DNA of 64,000 nucleotides from an uncultured Planctomycetaceae bacterium. Its GTDB lineage: Bacteria > Planctomycetota > Planctomycetia > Planctomycetales > Planctomycetaceae. The stretch spans positions 160,001-224,000 of the forward strand of contig CAWFAK010000017.1 of assembly GCA_963813715.1 (NCBI GenBank), in the 5' to 3' direction. Below the pieces are notes generated by a model. That model did no database searches. It was not told the origin of the DNA and saw only the letters and a list, made by a program, of their open reading frames with translations. The translations under genes were made by a program, and so were the position numbers. Of this stretch, positions 56,412 through 64,000 are shown in pieces (position 1 is the stretch's first letter; each line of letters opens with the position of its first letter).

Positions 56412-56882
56412 GTGGCGACTCAACGATTTCAGGAGGTCACCTTGGGCGGCGCTGAGACAAAGCCTCGCGACTATTTCCGACGGGACCAGAAGGGTGGAAT
56501 CTCTCCTCCCAATCTGGCGAACGATTGCACGTTCGCGGAGCATATTGTGCATGCTCGCGGCAAGCGAACCCAATATACGAGCGTTTCTTTGGATTTGAGC
56601 AAGATTCGCGATTTCGGGGATACCAACTATAAGCTGGAGAGAGAGTCGGCCATTAGCGACGGGCATGGCCTCGTCGAACATGAAACCTTGATCGCAGAAT
56701 TGCGAAGGGTCGCCAGAGAGGAAACGAAGGAAGCTCGGCTGAGAGCTGTTCAGGCCTTAAGATATGCCACCAGCCGAAGGGAAGGCCTTGTCAGTTGGTC
56801 GTTCAAGACCACAGGAGTAGCCCAAAAGGACCTCATCAGCTGGGCGGAGAAGATAATCCAAAAGTACTTTGCCCGGATATAG
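56412..56882 (+). CDS. Putative stand-alone ADP-ribosyltransferase-fold toxin (156 aa)
   Basis: YFRRD..GISP..AEHIVH..TQYTSVS..RYA..RREGLV; GGAG RBS; low GC. Confidence 0.6.
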   Translation: MATQRFQEVTLGGAETKPRDYFRRDQKGGISPPNLANDCTFAEHIVHARGKRTQYTSVSLDLSKIRDFGDTNYKLERESAISDGHGLVEHETLIAELRRVAREETKEARLRAVQALRYATSRREGLVSWSFKTTGVAQKDLISWAEKIIQKYFARI

Positions 56883-56886
56883 ACCG

Positions 56887-57681
56887 ATGGACGAACTATT
56901 CAGTTGCCGTAATTGTATTCACAACTGCGGCCAAAGCCTCAACACCGGAAATGGCGCGGGCTATTGCCTAAAGCACAGTTCCGTCATTTCCCATCCCGAC
57001 AGGACTACGTGCAAGTATCTTCACAGGAAGGATCTCCCTCATTTTGTAGTTGATGAAGGAATCCGGGAGCATGCAGCGGAATACGCACTTTTTCCTCGAC
57101 TCGTGTCTCTCGACACGAAAGAGCCGATCGAGCGTATCGTTTATAGTGAAAAGTATTATTGGGAGAAAAGGGAGTTCGATCCGCTTACCCATGCTCTCGC
57201 ACAGTATTTTAAAGCAGAACGCAGATGGGTTGTGATCCAGGCTTTTACTGCAGGAGCTGATGGCCAACGGTCGCTTGCGCATGCCTCGCTTGTACGTCAT
57301 TACATGGATCACTGTGGCACTTGGACCAGTTCTTACAGGCTGGTCCTAGGATTGCTCGAAGAAATCGATGAAACTCCGGCTTTCACTCGCAGGGCTCTTT
57401 TCGTTTCCGATGGCTCCTCGGCCCAAGAGACAGCCGAGAACGCGCTGTGGGATGTAGTCTTTGTCAGGCTATCGGCCATCCAGGAATACGGGTGGCACGC
57501 TGGCTTGGAGACTCTCATGTGGGTCAGTGACGCTGTGAATGGTTCGCTCGTCGAGTTGAATTGGACCAGACTGCAAGGCGAACTGAGTAGCCTCCGTGAC
57601 AAGTGGATTGGTGAAGTCATAAGTCACGCCAAAGCACATGATGCATTCTTCCCCAAGCCGGAAATCGAAGAAGAGTACTGA
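56887..57681 (+). CDS. Hypothetical protein with N-terminal Cys cluster (264 aa)
   Basis: CRNCIHNC..GYCLKH..TCKY; starts 4 bp after the upstream stop; low GC. Confidence 0.8.
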   Translation: MDELFSCRNCIHNCGQSLNTGNGAGYCLKHSSVISHPDRTTCKYLHRKDLPHFVVDEGIREHAAEYALFPRLVSLDTKEPIERIVYSEKYYWEKREFDPLTHALAQYFKAERRWVVIQAFTAGADGQRSLAHASLVRHYMDHCGTWTSSYRLVLGLLEEIDETPAFTRRALFVSDGSSAQETAENALWDVVFVRLSAIQEYGWHAGLETLMWVSDAVNGSLVELNWTRLQGELSSLRDKWIGEVISHAKAHDAFFPKPEIEEEY

Positions 57682-57989
57682 AGCCAGGCGTGCTGTCCGC
57701 GGGTCGCGCCAGCAAGAGGTTGCTCAATCGATCCAGCTCGCGGGCACACCGACCGGGCGGCGATACTCGTCGTGCCCGCCGTCCAGGGCCAGTCGGTCGT
57801 GCGAGTCAGAAGTCTCGTCGCGACGGGATTCAACCCCGCAAGAGTGCCGCCGCTGGTAGGGCTAATTGGCGCGGGGCTCATTGCACGCATCGTTGCCAAG
57901 GCGGCGGGTTCTCGACAACCCTCTTGCCGCTTCGCGGCCGAGACGACGAGTAGTCCCGGCCAGCCCGCTGCGTTTTCTGTCCTCTTAGA

Positions 57990-58321
57990 TCGATCCCGTC
58001 CCGAACTTCGAGTCCCGTCCCGCCGCGCGAGGGTTGCCCAGAGGCGAAAGCCCGCGTGGTGGGACCACTTTTGGCACTCCCCCTTATATCAATGCACGGA
58101 GTCCCGTCCCGCCGGGACCACTTTTCACGGTCCCGCCGGGACCACTTGTCCCACCGTTCCCGGCAGGTGGCTCGGTGTCCGCGCCACCTGTCCCGGGCAC
58201 CGGGGCACCAATGCCTCGTCGCCGGCTGCCGGGGATCTTTTCCCCCTCTTAGTGAAAACGGATCCCCATCACCGCCGGGGATCCAATTTTCGTCCCCGCC
58301 GGGACTCGATTCCCACGGGAC
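57990..58321. repeat. GTCCC/GGGAC-rich non-coding repeat island
   Basis: TCCCGTCCCG x3; GGGACCACTT x3 (58061, 58114, 58138); GTCCCG-C-CGGGAC palindromes. Confidence 0.8.
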
Positions 58322-58717
58322 AGATTTCCGCCCCTCCTCGCCGCCGTGCCAGACAGCCTCCGCACGAAATAAAAGGTCCGACAATCGGCAACGCGATTCA
58401 CCGGTGCGCACGGCGACGGTCCCTCTCCGCGCAGCACGACGGCTATCCCCAGCCTGCCGCAAAAACCGCCCGGTGCCAACCCCAAGTTTCTACGACCGTG
58501 TAAACAACTTTGAAACTTTTTCCGGCCGGCGAGGTCCGGCTTGTCGACTCTTCGGAGATGGAGAGACGACCATCCTACGTGCTCAAACTCGTCCTCCCGC
58601 CTTTTTCCCCCAACGTGAATTGCTAACGCGCTGGACGGTCAGCCGGTTCAGAACGCCAGGCGCTGTCGAACAAGCGCTGCGGACCGAAGACAAGCGCGGC
58701 TCACCCGGCATCGACGG

Positions 58718-60362
58718 CTACGTTAACGCCGCGCCTGGTGAGCCCTGCGCGGGTAGCGTGAAGCGGAAGACCGTGGATTCGGCCGGCGATGAATCGCACC
58801 AAAGGTTACCGCCGTGTGATTCAATGATCGAGCGGCTAATCGACAGGCCCAAGCCCAATCCGCCGGACTTGGTCGTGAAGAAGCGCTCGAAGATGCTGGG
58901 GAGATACTCGGCTGCAATCCCCGCGCCATTGTCAGCCACGGAAACTTCCAAGAACCCGGCGTCATTTACGTACGTCGAAACTAAAATCTTCGGAGATTCG
59001 CGGTCTGCCGCGGAGACCGCATCGATGGCATTCGAGAACAAATTCAACAAAACTTGTGTGATCCGCACTCGATCCGCCAGTGCTGGCGGGAGGTCCTTGT
59101 CAGGCCGAAGAATGACGGCCACGCGGTGCTCACGCCGCTCGAGACGCGTCAATTGCAGCGCGTCCATCACAATTGAGTTGAGGTCGACGGGCTGGCGTTC
59201 TGGTTCGCGACGGCGGATGAATTCGCGGACTCGGCGGACGACATCGGCAACACGCATCGCTTCTGTGGCGATTTCGCGAAGTCGGTCTTCCAGTGCGTCG
59301 GTCGTCAGCTCGCCCTGCTTCAGCCTGAGCAGGCTTCCGTTGGCGTTATTGGCAATCACTCCAACCGGCTGGTGAATTTCATGTGCCAGATCGGCGAGCA
59401 TTTCACCCATCACGCTCAGTCGGGAGGCATGTTCCAATTGAAGATTGACCTCGCGAACCTGCTCCTCCGCAGTCTTTCGCCCCGTGAGATCAATGACGAA
59501 CGTCACACACCGCCCGGACTCGCGTTCCAAAAGCGCTGAACCGATCAGGACGGGAATCCGCGTACCGTCCTTTCGAATGTATTCCTTCTCGACCGGCGGC
59601 GCGGTCCCCTCCCGAACCAACTGTTGCACAATCAATTCAGACGTGTGAGACCATTCCCGCGGCGTCATGTTGTCCCAGCGCAGCGGGAGATCCGAACGGG
59701 AATACCCTGTCATCTTCAGGAATTCCTCGTTGGCATCAAAGACCTTGCCGTAAATGTCGCTAAAGACGACTCCGATAATGTTGGCCTCAAACAGCCGGCG
59801 GAATCGCGTCTCGCTTCGACGCAGATCTGCTTCGATTTGCTTACGCTGCTCGATCTCCTGTTGGAGCCTCGTCACCGTCTGCGTTAATTCCTCGGCTCGC
59901 AACTCCACTTCTCGCGCCAATTCCGCCTGCTCGGCTTTGAGGCGCAGTTCGGCCTGCTTGCGTGTCGTGATGTCTTCGGCCAATTCGACAAAGCAAACCG
60001 CATGTCCTGCTCCATCGAAGGTCGGCGTGATCACAGAGCGCAACCAACGCGTTTCACCGGACGCGGTCCGGATTCGATATTCCAGCTCCGAACGGCCCTG
60101 GAATTCCCCGGATCGCCGTTTGGCCATCATCTCCAGAACCAATCGCAGGTCTTCTTCGTAAATTGGCTCCATCCAAGCGCGGGCTCTTGTCCGAGCCATC
60201 GCACGAGAACCCGGTCATTCGTTCATAGGCGGGGCTTACGTAGAGCACCTGAGTCAAGTCGGCGGCGACCAGAACGAGACTCTGATCCAACGACTCGGCA
60301 AGCTCTTGAAAGCGGGCCAGTTGGACACGTTTTGACGGACCTAGTTTATGGACCGGCGACAT
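58718..60362 (-). CDS. Cytoplasmic PAS-PAS sensor histidine kinase (frameshift near 60195)
   Basis: MSPVHKLG start with GGAG; YVSPAYERMTG and DANEEFLKMTGY PAS domains; LAHEIHQP; DNGAG, FFTTK, GLGLGL. Confidence 0.9.
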
Positions 60363-60836
60363 GCTCCGACCCCCGCTGCTCACTGCTCGAAATCGCCGCA
60401 TTTCCGCGGGATCGCCGCGAAGCAGCCGAAATTCCGGGCGAAAGCGCTGAGCGCGGACAAGATATTGAACAGGACTCAATGCAATTGAGCGGATCGACGT
60501 CACGGCGCGGTAAGCGCCATTTACGCGGTACAACTGTAAGAATTGTTCGCCGGCACACAGTTGAGCGGGTGTGCCAGGCGGTCGTAGATGACCGGGTCGG
60601 GCCGACTTTCCAGCTCCTCGTAGATTGTGGCGGCCAGTGTGCGCGGACGCAACAGCGTGGAAACGGGATAACCGCCGATCACTTGTCCCCAGCGCGCCGC
60701 GCGACTGAGGACTCCGTTCAACGGGCAATCGCAAGTGGCCCAATCAGGTCGGAAGACGGAGGACGGCTTTCAGAGCCACGCGGTCGACCATTGGGTCTCA
60801 GTCGGCCGAAGGTCGTTGTGAGACGACGACCGGAAT

Positions 60837-63800
60837 CTAAGGTTTCGCAACCTGTCGCGCGACCGGGGTCGTGATGATTCGGCATTGCGGAAGCGATTTG
60901 TTTAGCTCCGCAACACCGGCGGCCGTGAAATGGGTGTCGCTGAGGTCGAGTTCTTTGAGTCGTGTGAGCTGCGAGAGATACTTGGCGCCTTCGTCGGAGA
61001 CATGGCTCCTGGCCAAAGACAGTCGCTCCAGTTTCTTCAGTCCGTCGAGTTCCACCAGAAACAGCTCCGCGAGCGCCGGGCAGCCGAGCCGGAGTTCGGT
61101 GAGTTCCGTGAAATCCTGTAAGTGTGTGAGGCCCGGTCCGCGGATGGCGTCGCCATCCAGCACGAGTCTCCGCAGCGCGGTCAAGCTTTGCAGCTGCGGG
61201 ACGCTGGCATCCGTGATCCGCGTGTCCGCAAGGTTCAGCTCCTGTAACGTGACCAGCGGTTTGAGGCGCTCAACGTCGGCGTCCTCGATCGCGGTGCCAG
61301 ACAAGTCGATGGCAACCAGTGCACCGAGCTTCGAATTCACAATCGCAGACAACAATTCCTGGAGGGCCGGCCGCGACCCGGCCAAGCGGGCCCGGGTGAC
61401 CTGAAACGACTTAACGGGAAGTTCGCTGATCGCCTTGACGGAGCGCCTGGTCCCGTTCTCCTCAAGGCGAACATCGACGCCGCCACCAGCCTCCAAAACG
61501 GCGCGGGCCAAAGCATAGTTCGGCTCGGACCACGTGATGCGCAGGTTCGGTAGAGCGGCCTTGAGAATCTCGATTCCCCGAGCCGAGATGTGCGTGTCGC
61601 GGACGTCAATGGACCGCAAACCGCGGAGATGCAGGATTCGCCGTAGCGCTGCATCGCTCACGCGAGGCAGTCTCTGCAAGCTGAGTATTTGGAGGTTCCT
61701 CAAGCCCTGCAGCTCGGCAAGTCCGGCGTCCGTGACACGCGTCTCGCTGACGTCGAGTGAATACAACTGGGTCAGGCCCTTCAGGTACACGAGCCCCGCG
61801 TCGGTCACATGCGTTTGGTCCAGAAAGAGTTGTTGCAGATTCTTCAGCGTTTCGACGTTGATCAGCCCGGAATCGGTCACAGGCAGATGGCTCAAGCTCA
61901 GGTTTCGCAGCTTTTTGAGACTGCGGAGGTGCTCCAGGCCTGCGTCGGTCACATGCGTTTCGCGCAACCAGAGGCTATCCAGCTGCGGAAGCCCCTCCAG
62001 TTGCGCCAGCCCTGCATCCGTGATGTTCGTCCGAGTCAAGGAGAGCTCATGCAGGCTTTTCATCTGCCGGAGGTGCGCAAGCCCGGCATCAGTCACGGGA
62101 GTACCATAACCCAACCACAAGCTCTCGAGTTTCGTCAGACGCTGCAGCTGCTTCAACCCGGCATCAGAAACGCGCGTCGCTTCCAGGATTAGACTCCTGA
62201 GCTCGGGCAAACCCTCGAGGTAGGCAAGCCCTGCATCCGTGACCGCCGTGTTCTTGAGACTGAGAGTTCTTAGTGCCTTTAGGCCCGCAACGTGCGCCAG
62301 GCCGGCATCTGTCACGCGCGTGCGGTCAAGTATCAGGTTCGTCAGTCTCGTCAGACCGCGAAGGTGGGCGAGCCCCGAGTCGGTCGTCTCGGTACGGCTG
62401 AGCACCAGCTCTTCGAGATTTGTGAGGCCACCGAGTTGCTTCAGTTCGGGTCCGCGAACGACGGTGCCCTCCAATGCTAGACTACGGAGGCGGGTCAATC
62501 CCTTCAGGCGCAGCCAGTCGGCGTCGCCGATCACGGTGCCGGACAGATTTAGGGAAATTAAGCCATCCACTCCTGGACCGGAGAGAGCAGCAAATGCGGC
62601 CTCGAGCGGTGGCCGGCGCCGGCCAAGCTTGCGGCGGTGATCCGGAACGGCTCCGAGGGGAGCTCGGCGATCGCCTTGACCGAACGGTCCGACTTGGTTC
62701 CCTGCAGACGAATTTCGACCGTCCCACCGGCCGAGAGCACCGCTTTAGCGGCGGTGGTGTTCGGGTCGGACCAAGTGATGCGTACTGAATGCGGAAGAGC
62801 CGCCTTGAGGGCTGCGAATCCTTTTGTGGAAACGCGGGAGTCGGTCAGGTCGAGTTCCGCCAGATTTCCCAGATTCAGAATTCTTGGCACGATGGCGTCG
62901 TCGATCTGCGTCGCCCCCTTCAGGCTGAGAACGTGGAGGTTCTTCAGACCTTGAAGCTCGACTAGTCCGGCTTCTGTGACGCGCGTCTCGCCGAGGTAGA
63001 GGCGTCCCAAGCGCGTCAGTCCTTTCAGGTGTGCCAGCCCTGCGTCGGTCACGGGCAGCGAGGTCAGGTCCAGGATTCCCAACTTCGTGAGGCCGCTCAG
63101 ATGCACCATCCCCGCGTCGGTCACGCGGGTTCCCCGTAGCCACAGCCGATCAAGCTGCGGCAGACCTTGAAGTTGTTTGAGTCCGGCATCCGTGACGCGT
63201 GTCCATTCCAGCATGAGGACGTGCAGCTTCTTCAAAACTGGAAGAAGTTTCAGCCCCGCGTCGGTCACCTGAGTGCCGTTCAGCCGCAGCGACTCGAGTT
63301 GCGTCAGACCTTGAAGGTGCTTCAACCCGGCATCGGTCACCAATGTGTTCGTAAGATCGAGCGTGGTTAATGCCGTCAGACGCTGCAGGTGACTCAGGCC
63401 GGCGTCGGAGACTCGCGTTCCCTCGAGCGCAAGGCTCTTGAGCCTGGTTAGACCCTCGAGGTGCTTAAGCCCCGCGTCGGTCACACCCGTGTTCTTGAGA
63501 GTTAGAGTTTTCAAGGCAGTGAGGCCCGAAATTTGCGCCAGTCCCACGTCTGTCAAATGCGCCCGGTCGAACGCGAGGCCGGACAAATCCAGAGAGACCA
63601 AGCCGTCCACTCCCGGATCGGTCAGCGCAGCAAAGATCGGCTCGAGCGGGGGCCGTGCGCTTGCCAGGCTGACGGAGGTGATCCGGAACTGCGCGGAAGG
63701 CAATTCGCCGATCGTCTTGATCGAGCGGTCCGCCGCGGCTCCCTGCAGGCGAATCTCGACCGTACCGCCGGCCGAGAGCACCGCTTTGGCCGCAGTGGTG

Positions 63801-64000
63801 TTCGGGTCGGACCTGGCGACGCGTACTGAACGCGGAGGAGCCGCCTTGGGGGCGGCGAACCCGTTGGTAGAAACGCGGGTGTCGGTCAGGTCGAGTTCCG
63901 CCGAATCAACCTGTCCACGGTTCGTTGCGATCCGGACAATTTGAGGGCCGAAGTAATACCAGAGAAGAGGGACCAGGACCGCGACGCCGACGCCCGTGCC
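60837..64000 (-). CDS. Membrane-anchored leucine-rich-repeat protein, 5'-truncated by the window (frameshift near 62600)
   Basis: Many 24-aa L..L.L..T.VTDAGL.HL repeats in three capped modules; frame open to 64000 with TM GVGVAVLVPLLWYYF. Confidence 0.9.

Noticed and set aside
57772..59375. ORFs 57772-58503, 57878-58462 and 58056-59375
   Set aside because: Low-complexity translations of the repeat island or antisense to the histidine kinase
60521..60721. 66-aa minus-strand ORF between the LRR gene and the kinase
   Set aside because: No recognisable motif; cannot be supported from sequence alone
9340..63781. Mass pseudogenisation or programmed frameshifting
   Set aside because: Single-base shifts hit many unrelated genes with otherwise intact motifs and show no shared slippery site; sequencing/consensus error is more likely
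43688..64000. Diversity-generating retroelement acting on the adhesin or LRR repeats
   Set aside because: No reverse transcriptase; repeat differences are not adenine-specific

Overview
GC-rich chromosomal window, very probably from a planctomycete. The evidence is an LENRTML extracellular leader, an ECF sigma/Ser-Thr kinase pair, a long BlaR1-like M56 protein, a PQQ-like propeller and LRR proteins. Many genes are broken by single-base frameshifts, which look like long-read consensus errors rather than decay. In order, the window holds: small stress genes; a transglutaminase-like gene; an acyl-CoA ligase; hppD-hmgA; a kinase-SRPBCC fusion; a NUDIX hydrolase; an OPT transporter; an esterase; a SpoIIM/RDD/DUF4129/DUF4350/MoxR/DUF58 cluster; a NUDIX-MBL fusion divergent from blaI-blaR1; kynU; an ECF-kinase locus with exported dioxygenase, EF-hand/propeller and DUF3500 genes; two paralogous basic hypothetical genes beside a DEAD-box remnant; a glycoside hydrolase-like gene; a ~2600-aa repeat adhesin; MarC; an oxidoreductase-TetR operon; a low-GC two-gene island; a PAS histidine kinase; and a membrane-anchored LRR protein running off the end. 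The best candidate for an undescribed system is the low-GC island at 56412-57681, a stand-alone ADP-ribosyltransferase-like gene coupled to a Cys-cluster protein. Also notable are three non-coding islands dense in GGGAC/GGACC motifs (48-244, 21700-22230, 57990-58320) and two divergent genes that share one palindromic 12-bp start. I saw no rRNA, tRNA, CRISPR, transposase or integrase. Family calls come from motifs recognised by eye, not from database searches.
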